A stretch of DNA of 63,941 bases, filler included, from Octopus bimaculoides (Eukaryota): assembly GCF_001194135.2 (NCBI RefSeq). It is 6 parts of 5 records of this genome, joined end to end, with 100 filler letters (N's around TTAATTAATTAA, not from the genome) between each part and the next. Parts side by side here need not be neighbours in the genome. Positions count along the whole stretch, not along the records: positions 23,763 to 40,237 come from NC_068983.1; 5 more parts are not named here. One strand, written 5' to 3'. Of the stretch, positions 23,795 through 36,448 are shown one piece after another; position 1 is the first letter of the stretch, and each line of letters starts with the position of its first letter. Below the pieces are notes generated by a model. The model did no database searches and had not been told where the DNA came from. It worked only from the letters and a program-made list of their open reading frames with translations. Both the position numbers and the translations under genes were made by a program.

Positions 23795-26263
23795 ATATAT
23801 GTATAAATGTATGCACACACATACATACACATATATATGGTGGCTGTCAGTTCCTTGCAGAGTTTAACCTCACATAGTTTTTCTTCGTTTTTTGTGTTAA
23901 CTTCTACAGTTGGATGCCCTAGCCTATCACATACTTTCTACTTTACAGAGTGTATGAGATGCACTATATTGTGGTACCAGCATCAGTGAGGCTGTCATGG
24001 GCTCAATAAGTAAATCCCAAAGGATCCTCTGAACCCTAAATTTTCTCCATTTGTTTCATAACCACTTTACTTTGTTTGGTGCATGTTACTGTGGCACCAG
24101 CATTAAGGAGGTTCTCATGTCCTCAGCAAATAATTATCAAACAGTCCACTTGGCTTTAGATTTTCTCCGTTTGTCTTTGAACCTGTTTATAAAGTATTTT
24201 GGTGCATAGTATATGGCACCAACATTAGTGAGGTTACCTCATATCCTGTGAGACAAAAAAACCTTCATTGTTTGATAGTGTGACTGTTTTCCCCATGTAA
24301 TGTGGTCAAGAGTGAGGGGCAGAGAAGAAGGTGATTGCAGAAGATGAAGTAGAGTGAGACAGAGTAAGAGGCATATCTATAAAGGATTGGGTGAATGTGT
24401 GCAGGATGATAGTATGAAAGAGGAGGTAGATAATGAATTAGAATGGGATGGCGAAGGAGCATATGTATGACTGGGAAGCAGAGTGAAGGGGTGACAATAT
24501 GGAAAAATAATGACTGAAAGAAAGAGAGACAGACAGACAGAGATTAATGAAAGGTAAATGTTTGCTGGCAAAAAATAAAGTGATTGAGAGAGACAGTTGT
24601 GGAAATAATCGGAAGTAAAAAGATACGAGAGATGTTAGTAATGAGTGTCCTGAGAGAGGGAGGGAGAGTGGCATTTAAGAGTATAGAGGGAGGTGTTCAT
24701 GTGTGAGAGGGGGAGTGAGAGATATTAAGGCTAGTGAGCGTAAAAGAACAGTATCAATGAGGGAGAAGGAGTTAAAGGAAACTGTAGAGGAATTTACATA
24801 AAGGTGTTTATCAGATGTCAACATTATGCTGGCAGAATGATGGAAAGAAGAGTAAAAATGTATGAGTAGTAGTTGGAGGTGGGGTAGGTGTGAACAGGCC
24901 TCAAATTTTTCCATCGTTACATCAAGCGGGGATCAGGGAATTAGTGAAGTCTCCCTCTCTCTCTGTTCCTTTCTTATTTTCACTCTGTGTGCACAAATAC
25001 TGAGATGTTGTCAACAGAATCTCTTAGAATGTGTGAGATAACCCTTTTAATATATAACCACCTGAGACTATCCATATCTGAATTAAAATGTTCATCAAAA
25101 TCTCATTATAGCATAAATGATGTGAGATTCCAGTAGATGAATACCATCTCCATCTGTGTGTGTGTATGCACATACACACAAAGTTATGGATATTTCATGA
25201 AATTCAACCACAATTTTGAATAATTTGAAAATATATTGACAGTTTTCCCATTAGAAATATGGCGTTTTTTGCCATGGCCTAGGGCCAAACAAACCTTTGT
25301 GAGAAGATTTAGTGAAGGGAAATGGAAAGAAGCCTATCGTATACTTGTGTGTGTTTATATGCATGCATAAAGGTATGTGTTCCCTTGTTTTGACAACACA
25401 CAATAATAGTTGTTGTAAAAGAGTGTCACCCTCAGATAAGCATAGTCATTCATTTTCATTCCTCCATGGGAAACGTGTCTACCCATGGGAAAATATTGCC
25501 TTGCTTGAAAACAGATGAGGGTTGGTGACTGGAAGAACATCTGGCTATTTAAAAAAAAAAAATTGCCTCAACAAATTCTAACTGATCCATGCAAGCATGG
25601 AGAAGTGAACATTAAAACTATGACGACGATGATCATCATGATCATGATTAATAATATAGCCTCATTGAATAACTAAAATTAAGTTTTTGGGAATGCATGA
25701 ATATACATAACAGGAAAATTTTGTTGCTTATTTGTGTGAAAGCAGTTCTTTCTATGGATGATATTTTGATGACTTAGTCAAGGAAGACACTTGGTACCCT
25801 TGATATTTGCATCGTTTGTAAGATAGTTGACAGCAGAATGAGATTAAGAAATATAATTTATAATTTGCAGCATATCTCCCCCCAGCCACCACCACCACAG
25901 GGGGATAATGCTAGCAACAGATTAAGTCATATTTAAAAGTACCTAAGTCGTGTTAAACATTAAACAATGAGATTTCGTTTAATGGTTAGGATGTTTGGTT
26001 CACAATAATAAGGTTGTTGGGGTAATTCATAGACTGGGCAACATGCTGTGTCCTTGAGCAAGTTGTTCCAGTCTTCTTGTCTGAAAATGAATACCAGCCT
26101 AGCATTGGAAAAAGCCTTCTCCCCTCCAGCAATCGTCTCAATGTTTTATTGAATCATGGCTAGAATTATACAAGATGTCCATATCTGTTGGCACCTGAAG
26201 CATTTTGTGAAAGCATGGTACAAGCCATCAAATCGTTTTCACCTGTGAGTCCCAGGTGACTCA

Positions 26264-26320
<57 letters not shown>

Positions 26321-26539
26321 TGTTGTGTGTCCTTCAGTTTTCATCTACCAAATCCATTCACAAAACCTGTGGTTAACTTGAACTTTACTAAAACACTTTT
26401 GTTGAAGGTGCCACATAATGGAACTGAACTCAAAGCCATGTGATTGGGAAGCAAACTGTTAAACTACTCAGCTATGCATGCATAACATTTTGTTGATATT
26501 AGGAGTGCTACTCCCCATGATTGTTGAGTACTTGGTTGA

Positions 26540-27290
26540 TGTGTTTCTTATAACCATTTTTGTTTAGCAAATGATGGCATTTTAATGGAACTATCTGGCA
26601 CTCTGATGCTATTCACATTGATCTTAAAAACCTCTTCCCATGTAATCTGTTCTGAGGTAGAGATTGTCAATATCTCTAATTTTGTGGAAGTTTCCACTTG
26701 ATATCAAGATCAGGAACATTGCATTATCAATGGAGGAGATTTCTGCTAAAGACTAGTTAAGTATAAAAAAAAAACAAAAAAAACAGTGGTGCCACTACAG
26801 CAAATGTAAATATGGCATGGGATACTGCCTTGCTTGAAGAGAAAATCTGTAAATGTCATACTTTTAAAATTCTGTTACAGTATTCCTTTGTCCCTTTATC
26901 TCTGATCAAAGTATCTTATTTTCTTCATGATGCATTTTCAATAATACCTAGGTATTAATGGTATACCCTGAGTACAAGATGTAGCTACCACTGGTGTTAA
27001 TGTCTTTCGTTTGATACATAACTGAACCTGTGGTTTCCTCACATTCAGTTATACCGCAGCATTACCTTTGGCCAAATTCCAACCCTATTTCAGCTGAAAA
27101 TATATTGTGATTAAATCCTGCTATTTATCAGCATTGTAGATACTTCCATCTTAGACCTTTCATCAGCAGAGAAATTACAGGAAGGTTACATAGAGGGGGT
27201 GTTTTGCTGTTAAAGAACCAAAGCATAGGACTTCTGGATTTTGCAAAACTAATGACAGGATTTCATGCCAAAATAAATAGAATTGTGTGT
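26540..27290 (-). mobile_element. Degraded R4/Dong-like LINE reverse-transcriptase fragment
   Basis: Broken minus frames give YLGIIENAS, KAVSHAIFTFAVVAPL and DIDNLYLRTDYMGRG, resembling the YKYLG, AINTFAVP and RLYLPR..GGRG motifs. Confidence 0.6.
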
Positions 27291-27409
27291 ATGTGTGTAG
27301 ATAGATAGATAGATGATAAACTCACATGTAGATAAACACACAGATAGAGAGATAGACAGATACATACATACACACATACATATGTACATACATACATACT
27401 GGAGGAATA

Positions 27410-27860
27410 TTCACATCAATACTTCTGTCAAATGTAAACATAACAGGCCAGATATTGTTGTTTGGGACAGAGGTCAAAGACATGTACCATCATAGAGGTC
27501 AGCTGCCCTGCACATATAAATATCTCTTTGAAAAATCAAAGAAAAAGAGGATATCTTCACAATCTCCAGCTTCTATATCCAGGCTATGAATTCATATTCA
27601 TACCAATAATAATTGATAATAATTGTAGCACTAGGTTTTGTTAGTAAATGCTTAAATGAGAATCTGGATAAACTAGGATTTTCAGAAAGAGAAATCGACT
27701 GGCTAATTCGTACATTACAAGTGGAATCTATAAGTAGAACAGTAAAAATATGCAAGATTTTTCTCATGTTCCAAATGTGAACATCCCAAAAATAGAGTTT
27801 TGTATCTTTGTTTGAAACCAGCTCCCTCCTCAGTGGAAGATTTATAATAATTAAAAAAAT
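27410..27860 (+). mobile_element. R4/Dong-like LINE 3' end (restriction-like endonuclease, C-terminus, 3'UTR)
   Basis: KCKHNRPDIVVWD / CTIIEVSCP / LYPGYEFIFIPIII / LDKLGFSEREIDWLIRTLQVESISRTVKICKIFL in shifted frames. Confidence 0.8.
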
Positions 27861-28437
27861 AGAAGAGATATACATACATATAAGCCTAAAAATTCCATGA
27901 TAATTTGTTCCAAACACCACCTTTATAATGGCAATGTTAATTTTACTAAATTCTTCATTATTATCAAAATTAATTGGAAACAAAAGGCAGGCTATTTCAA
28001 CAAAGATATGGTAGCCAAATTGAATATGATTTAAAGAAAATGTGACTGCTATTTTTGCAGGTTGAGCATCCATGTAAGTGTTTTGTTGTTGGCTGGACAG
28101 TTCAAATAGATGCCAAGAATAGGTATATTGGAATTGTTGAGAATTGTTCTGTCAGACTGATCACCTATTGTTACATATCTCCAAATATAATCAGTCAAGC
28201 AACTAACTCCATTTACCACACAAGTATATGAGAGATAAGATATATATCGTCCTAATCTAACCATTTCTCTTTCCTTCCACCTTTTTATGTTTTTCCTTTT
28301 TCTAATGTAGAGGTAAGTCAAATAGAAAATCTTATAGACCTTGACTCTGTAGCAACTAGCGATGGGTGAAAACATAATTTTGGATTTTATTTTTTTTTTT
28401 TTTTCCTTTTTCAGAATTTTTTTCATGGGAGCAACAA

Positions 28438-28485
28438 ATAATAATAATAATAATAACAATAATAATAATAATAATAATAATAATA
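28438..28485. repeat. (AAT)n microsatellite
   Basis: Seen directly; it creates the poly-Leu in ORF 28049-28546. Confidence 0.95.
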
Positions 28486-29503
28486 GAATGACAGCATAAA
28501 TAAATGAATGAATGACTGATTTACTCAAGAGCTGAGGCTGAAACAAAAGATTTATTATTTATATGCAAGAAAGTTAGAAAAAAAATATCAAAAAGAAAAA
28601 AACAACACCCCACAATAAAAACAACAAGCAAGAAGTAAAAGCCAGCAGAGTTTTAGCACCATAATTGGATCTCTATTAGAAATTTCATTTGTTTCTTATA
28701 TAGAGAGAAATCATTGCTATGTATTCATCTTCTATTGAAAATATTGAATTCTAGTTTTCTAAATTCCTTTCACACACGGATCGACAGAATTTAATGAAGG
28801 AGTACAGTGGCTTGAAGAAAGAAAAGAGAAGAGATGGAGGTGTTTGGCCATCACGTCATGTAAAGGTTTCACAATTTCATGTTGTTATTGCTGTTGTTGT
28901 TGTTCTATTCTTTTTCTTTTTTGTTTTCTTTCCGAGAGCACTTTTTATCTATTTATTTTCTTGTTTTATTTTTTATCAAATTTCTTTTGTTGATTTTGTT
29001 CCGAAATTTTCTTTGTTTTTTGCTTTTATTTATTCAATATTTTTGCATTTTTTCCTTTCATTTCCTGCTCCTCCCCCATTTTCCTCTACCCACAACTCTT
29101 TTTCAATTTTACTTCCAAATATTCTATTTCTTCATCTTCTACTTTTATTTATCTAATGCTTTTTTTTAAAGGAGGCTTTCTTCAAATTTATATTTGTTTA
29201 CATGTAATCTTTTTCTTACCAATGGAAGTAAAAAAAAAAAAATATATATATAGTATAAAAACTGCCAAGCACTCTTTAGTAAGGAATAACTATCCAAGCA
29301 AAAAAATTAATAAATGTGAAATAAAAATTGAAAACAAAATTAATCCTACTACTGCCCAGATCTTTATACAGCTTCATAAATGACATTTTTAAGAAGCTTA
29401 CATGGATTCTATAGATTTGACGAAGTTTAAATCTCTTATACCATTTCTTCAGAATCGTAGGTTTTAATTTGATATTGTTGAATGTGTTCACCTTCTTTCC
29501 CTT

Positions 29504-29547
<44 letters not shown>

Positions 29548-29595
29548 TTAATATATACACATGTTAATATATATATTAAAGTGTGTATTTATATG

Positions 29596-29632
<37 letters not shown>

Positions 29633-31642
29633 ATCTTGTTCTGTCCCATATAGACGGACATACAATGACAGAAAATTTAATTTAACTCATTCTTATATAT
29701 TACATTCATTTCTATCTTGTTATATATAATATTTTTGATGTTGTAGTTGTTTCATTCTTATTCGACCATTTTATCATTTACTTATTTTTGAAATTTTTTT
29801 ATTTTTTATTTTTTTTTGCTTGTTTACTTCACTTAGAAATAAAAATATATATGTGTGTGCTTCTGTCTGTTCGTCTGTCCGTTTGGCTGAGTGTCTGTGT
29901 ATATCTGTAATGTTAGTTGTATGAAGTCGTTATTTATTTGATTTTATTTATTTATTATTTTTTTTTTTGCTTCATCTTGATTCTTTCTTCACAATACAAT
30001 ATCTGCTTTACACATATTCACATGAAAAGTAGAAAATATAACAAACACAAAGCTGAGACAAAAAAAAACAGACAACATAATATTAGTAAGCAAGAAATAT
30101 TAAGGTATTTATTGCAATTATTTATATTCTATTTTTGAATTATTTCTTTATCAAAGAAAATAATAGTTTGTGCATAATTGAACAGTTCTATTGTTCAGTT
30201 TGTGTGTACATATGTATGTATATATTTTTTGTGTATGCGTATTTTTCTTTGTCATGTGTTTATATATCTATGTGTATATATGTGTGTGTTGTTTTGCCTT
30301 TTGTATTTGCTGGGTTTTTTGTGTGTGTGTGTGTGTGTGTATTTATTTGCCTTCCATTTAAAAATCTTGGGATTTTCATTTAGCAAAGAAAATAAAGAAA
30401 TAAAAAATAATTTGCATTGTAAACTGAAAATCTGTATATATGAAAAGAATGAACAAAACTCAGAAATACCATTTCCAGTTCTTCAATTTTCTAGTGTTAG
30501 TCCTACCTGTTACAATGCCATTTCAATTCTTATTGCTTTCATTTTATCAATTTAATCAGGTACTCAAATCAACTTTAATAATGTTTATTTAAAGTCACTG
30601 AGTGAATTTTAAACACTTAGACACCTAAACATGGTTCCAACATGTCCTTCCAGACTCATGTCTTCTTTAATTCTGTCTGATTCTTCTTTTACCATTTTCT
30701 ATTTGCCATTTTTTGCTTTCATTTCTTTTTAGATATTTTTTCACGCTAATCTACTAAAAGGTGACTTAATTTTATTATTAAGTCTTATAACCCATTTCAG
30801 TCACTACTTAAAAAAACTTTGTGTGTATAACACATTTAGAGTAAGGCAGAATGATAAAAGCTGAAATTTATTCATATTACTTTCATATGAGAAGTTCAAA
30901 CAAACAAAAAGGAAAAAAAAGCACTTTAATTAATTTTATAGTGCAGTTGTGAGAGCTTCAACTTCACATTTGTGTATTGGGTTCAGTTCCACTGCGCAGC
31001 ACCTTGGTCAGGTGTCTTCTATCATAGTCTTGTGCCAATCTAAGCCTTGTGAATGGATTTGGTAAATGAAAACTGAAAGAAGACCATTGTATATGTGTCA
31101 CAATTTCTTGACATTGGGTGATAATTGTAAATGAGTGTCCCTGTCATACAAGTGGTATCTTTTGTTTGTTGTTTTTTTTCTTGTTTCAGTCATTAAACTG
31201 CAGCTACGCTGGGGTACCACCTTGAAGAATTTTCAATTGAACAAATTAACTTTTTTCTCAAAAGCCTGGTACTTGTTCTATTGGTTACTTTTTGCTAAGT
31301 TGCAGGGAACATAAACGAACCAACCACCAATTGGCAAGCAGTAGTGGGAGAAAAACGCACACACACACACATGCACATACGATGGGCTTCTTTCAGGTTT
31401 TGCCTACCAAATTCATTAAGAAGGCCTTGGTTGGCCTGGGGCTATAGTAGAAGAAACTTGCCCAACAAGCCAGTGGGACTGAATCAGGAACCATGTGGTT
31501 GGGAAGCAAATTTATTACCTCACAGCCATTCTTGCACCTATCATACATTTCCAATCTTCCATGGAAATGTGTTTGGCTGAGAAGAAAATAATATTTCACT
31601 TGGAAACAAGGATGGCTGATGCCAGGAGGGAAAGGAAAAGTA

Positions 31643-32050
31643 GGCAGGTGCAGTGGTGACTGTGTGGTTGCTTCCCAACCACATGGTTCTGGGTTCAGTT
31701 CCACTGTGTAGCACCTTGGGCAAGTGTCTTCGACTATAGCCTTGGGCTGACCAAAACCTTTGCGAGTGGAATTGGTAGATGGAAACTGAAAGAAGCCACT
31801 CATGTATATATACAGGGGTTGGACAAAATAATGGGAACACCTTAAAATGTTTTTGTGTCTGTGTTTGTCCCCCACCATTGCTTGACGCCTGATGTTGGTT
31901 TGTTTATGTCCCCATAACTTAGCAGTTCAGTGAAAGAGACTAATAGAATAAGTACTAGGCTTACAAAGAATAAGTCCTGGAGTTCATTTGTTTGACTAAA
32001 GGCAGTGCTCCAGCATGACTGCAGTCAAATGAGTAAAACAAGTAAAAAAA
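31643..32050 (+). mobile_element. SINE family A copy (full length)
   Basis: Reverse complement of 14117-14500. Further partial copies near 12470-12600, 19690-19885, 26330-26480, 30940-31540, 35345-35520, 36630-36790, 42900-43090, 45934-46067 and 54567-54728. Confidence 0.85.
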
Positions 32051-32307
32051 AAAACACACACATATACACGCACACATGTATACATACACACATATATATA
32101 TACAAACACACACACACATATATAGTTAAATACATACTCACACGCACATATGTATATTTTTTTATACTTGTGGTTGTCCCTCCAGCTAGTTGACAATTTG
32201 TGTTGATTTGTTTGCAGTCCTATAACTTAGCAGTTCAACAAAAGAGACTGATAGCATAAGTACCAGAGTTTAAAAATAAGTAGTGAGGTTTATTTGTTCA
32301 ACAAAAC

Positions 32308-32528
32308 GAGTGGTTCCCAGGGGGTGGGGGTGATAATGGGGAGACCGAAACAAGGCAAGAGATGTGAAAAAAAAAAATAATGAGTTAATTCGGCTAAGTT
32401 TTATTTATGAAATTGTTTTGAATTTGCTGCGGAAAACGGTCTTCTTCTGTGATAGTGAGGGGGCGGGCACTGGAAAAGTGGCCTTAGAACTAATGGGGTA
32501 GCATCCTGAAAAAATTTGGGAACCACTG
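32308..32528. mobile_element. hAT-type MITE nested in a SINE tail
   Basis: TIRs gagtggttcccag / ttgggaaccactg (CAGTGGTTCCCAA type). Flanks acaaaac / actaaacc resemble a decayed 8-bp TSD. Confidence 0.6.
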
Positions 32529-33234
32529 ACTAAACCCTTCATGGGTGCCCCAGCATGGCCATAGTCCAATGAGTAACACAAGTTAAAGAAAATAAAAGAT
32601 GTCTGTGGTGTACTCAGCCACTTAGATGATACTTTAAGAAGTTGGTAAGTTCAGTGGATTGAACAACCGAATGTGAGTGATCAAAACTGATGAAGGTTCC
32701 ATCAATCCATCAATGTTATTGTTTGATACCATGGCAGACAAGTTTACATTTTGCAATTGAAAAAAATACCATTTCTGCGATGCCGCTAACTATGTATTGT
32801 ACGACACAACCATAAAATTGAATTTTCGTCAAAGGTCACTTTTCAGAAATTTCAAAACTAATGGAAAGAAAGCTAAAAGAAAAAAGTTTTATTCTCTTAG
32901 GACGGACACTGACAATGGATAAGAGAATGGTACAATTACTATGTACCTTGGTATTTGAGGTGGGTGATTACTTAGAAATCCAACTTGCCCCCCACCCTCT
33001 TTCTTCTCCTCTCCTTTTTCTTGATTTTGTTCTTTTTTTTTTTGTTGCTGTTGCTTCTGTTTTACCTCTACTCTCACCGCAACTCATAGTATTGTGTTAC
33101 TGCAACTACTACTAATAATCTACAACTACTGCTTTAGTATTATTACCACTACAACCCTACTATTACTCAAACTACTACTACTACACTACTATTACCATCA
33201 CCATTACTGTTACTACTACTACCCCTCCCAAACC

Positions 33235-33570
33235 GCTATGGTCATACTGGCGCTCAACCGGTTATGATAATGAGTGTTCCAGTTGATCTGATCAACAGAA
33301 CAGCCTGCTCATGAAATGAACTTGCAAGTGGCTGTGTACCCCACAGACACATCCACCCTTCACATAGTTCTCATAGAGATTCAACCTGAGACAGAGTATG
33401 ACAAAGCTAGCCCCCGTGAATTACAGGTACAGCTCATTTTGGTCAGCTGACTGGACTGGACTGGAGCAATGTGAAATAAAGTGTCTTGCTCAAGGGCGCA
33501 ACAAATCACCAGGAATTGAACTCATGGCCTTATGATTGCAAGCTGAATACCCTAACCACTCAGCCACATG
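33235..33570 (-). mobile_element. SINE with central conserved-type domain
   Basis: cagctgactggactggactggagcaatgtgaaataaagtgtcttgctcaagg, also seen near 19965-20100, 21050-21330, 34470-34500 and 41620-41900. Confidence 0.6.
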
Positions 33571-33599
33571 CTTTCACACCATCATCATACATTATTGAC

Positions 33600-34440
33600 A
33601 AGACAAACCATTTGCAAGCCTATGAGTAGGCTTGAAAGAAATGAAGCTAGTATGATCCACTGGATGTGTAATGTCAGAGTGCATACAAGACAGAGTCTAA
33701 GCACCTTGAGAGAAAAGTTGGGCATAAGAAGCATCAAATGTGGTGTGCAAGAGAGACGAGTGCACTGCTATGGTCATGTGTTATGTATGGATGGGGACAG
33801 CTGCATGAAGAAGTGCCACTCCCTAACAGTGGAAGGAATCTGTGGAAGAGGTAAACCCAGGAAGACGTGGGATGAGGTGGTGAAGCATGACCATCGAACA
33901 CTGGGCCTCACAGAGGCAATGACAGTAAACTGAGACCTTTGGAGATATGCTGTGATTGAGAAGACCCAGCAACTAAAGTGAGATTGCAGCCATACATGTC
34001 CAGCCCAGTTAAGAGTAACCTTGATGTGTCAGGCAATATGATATGCTTGAGAAGACTTGTTTGAGTCAAGTAAAACCAATATCATAGCTGTGGCCAGTGC
34101 CCCCTGACTGGCTCCCATGCTGGTGGCACATAAAAAGAACCATCCAAACCTATCCAATGCCAGTACCCCCTGACTGGCCCCCGTGCCGATGGCACATAAA
34201 AAGCACTATCCAAATGCGACTGATGCCAGGCCCACCTGACTGGCTCCTATGCCGGTGGCATGTAAAAAGCACCCACTACACTCTCAGAGTGGTTGGCATT
34301 AGGAAGGGCATCCAGCTGTAGAAACATTGCCAGATCAGATTAGAGCCTGGTGCAGCCACTGGCTCTCCAGACCTCAGTCAAACCATCCAACCCATGCTAG
34401 TATGGAAAACAGACATTAAACGATGATGGTGATGATGATA
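33600..34440 (+). mobile_element. RTE LINE 3' portion (ORF2 C-terminus, repetitive 3'UTR, (GAT)n tail)
   Basis: ERNEASMIHWMCNV...LREKLGIRSIKCGVQERRVHCYGHVLCMD...GRGKPRKTWDEVVKHD. The 3'UTR carries repeated ggtggcac(a/g)taaaaagca units and ends gacattaaacgatgatg. Confidence 0.9.
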
Positions 34441-36199
34441 TATATATATAATATATATATATTATATATATTTCACATTGCTCCAGTCCAGTCAGCTGAC
34501 AATANNNNNNNNNNNNNNNNNNNNNNNNNNNNNNNNNNNNNNNNNNNNNNNNNNNNNNNNNNNNATATATATATATATAATAGAGTTTTGAGGATTTTGC
34601 CAATCAAGTCCACTCAGAAAGCTTTTAACTTAGACCTGTAGTAGAAAACGCTTGCTCACAGTATTGTACAAGAGGACTGAACTTGAAACTGCATGGTTAG
34701 GAAGTGGACATTTTCACCACAGCCACACCTGCATTAATGTAAAGTGACAATAAATGCAATATATGTGAAGAGTCGCAGAAAACATTGTGAAGTCAATAAA
34801 ATGGTTTGAAATATTCCAGAGGAAAAATTAATGAACAATTTGGATGTAGTCGTCTAGCCTCAAGCTATGAACAACACAACTGAAATATAACAATATTGTT
34901 GTTTTTTAATTTAATTCTTATTTTTTTCAGACATATTGTATATAGGAGTGCAATCCAATATGCCCTGTTGTTTTTTTAACATAAACATACTACAAAATCT
35001 AAGATTTAAAAAAATTTGACCAACATTTAAAAAAAACGGTAAGATGTTTTTTTCTTTGTGTTGTTGTTTTTTAAATTATACTAACTCAATATAGCAATAT
35101 AGATTGTGATTGGTTGAGAGAGACGACTATGTCTCAATGTAATTCAGTCCAATACAATTTATAGTTAATTGATATTTTATACAACTACAATTCAATTCAA
35201 CTTGCAAGTCTTCTGTATAAAAAAAGAAAAATAATTAAAAATAAAAAACTAAGGAAAGGAAAAAAACAAACCAAATAAACTCTGCTGCATTTTTTTGATA
35301 ATGATTTTATGTAAAAGAAGACGTCTAAAGAAAATTGATGTAGGTGCACAGCTCTGGTAGTGTAGTTAAGAGGATTATTTCAGAGCCATTTGGTATGGTG
35401 TTTGGTGGTATTGGGTGGCATCTTGGGCAAGCGTTTTATACTATAGCCCCTGGCTGATCAAAGCTCTCTGAGTGGATTTGGTTGTCAGAAACTGAAAGAA
35501 GCCTATTGCATGTGTGTGTGTGAAAAGAGAGAGAGGGACAGAGAGTGAAAGAGATAGGCAGGGACAGAGAGAAAGAGTATGATTGTCTCCCCTTGTCTTG
35601 CCATCATGTGACTGTTGTAAATGTGTGTGGCCATTGAGAAATATTACTTTGCTTGAAAATAGATGAGGGTTGGCAACAATAAAGGTATCCAACCCCAAAA
35701 ATGTTCTGCCTCAATAAGCTTCATCTGGTCCAAGCAAGCATGAAAATGTGAACATTAAAAATAAGTATTGGCATTGACATCACCAGCAAAACCCTTCAGA
35801 GCACTGCTGCAGTATGGCCACTGTCCAATGACTGACACAATTAATAGAATATACTATACTAGTAGGACCCATGGAAATTCCATGGAATGGAAAAAATTAA
35901 GAGGACCCATTTCAGAAAGAAAGGAGGATTTGCATTTTTACAGCATTCGTAGTTTAGCTTTCATTAAATATTTTTGACCCTTCGTCTATATTCATTTTCT
36001 CACATCTCCATCGGTGTTGTCTTTTTCCTCATTTTATTATATCTTCTTGCTGTTCCTCTCCATGCACTATATATACACATCTTTTCTCAGGCAGCTTGCC
36101 ACCATGTTTTTTGTAAATCCAGAGTTTAGGCTAAATTAACCCTTATAAACAAATATCAATATTTTAAGTGAGCAGATGAGAAATAATTGCTCTTATGTA

Positions 36200-36448
36200 T
36201 TAACCTTTTTGTTACTGTATTTCTGTTGAGATGCTCTGTCTTTCTTTCAATTAATTTTAAATATAACAAAGAATTTAGCAAAATAACTTAGTTTTATCAT
36301 TAAGCTAGTTTTATCATTAAGCTACTTTTAGGAACATAAATTGTGACTAAGATTTGGTGGAAGATTTTAATTCAAAACTTATGAAAACAAAACATTTGTA
36401 CCGCAGAGCCAGAGCCGGTTTCAGCCAGGTTAGTAACGAAAGGGTTAA
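36200..36448. mobile_element. TTAA-flanked piggyBac-like MITE
   Basis: TIRs ttaacctttttgttact / agtaacgaaagggttaa. Confidence 0.7.

Noticed and set aside
27573-28073. 166-aa minus-strand ORF
   Set aside because: Its lower half is antisense to the R4/Dong C-terminus; no recognisable domain.
33950-34330. Regularly repeated units with variable spacers, superficially CRISPR-like (also 52530-52740 and 62100-62410)
   Set aside because: These are the tandem units of the RTE 3'UTR; eukaryotic context and no cas genes.
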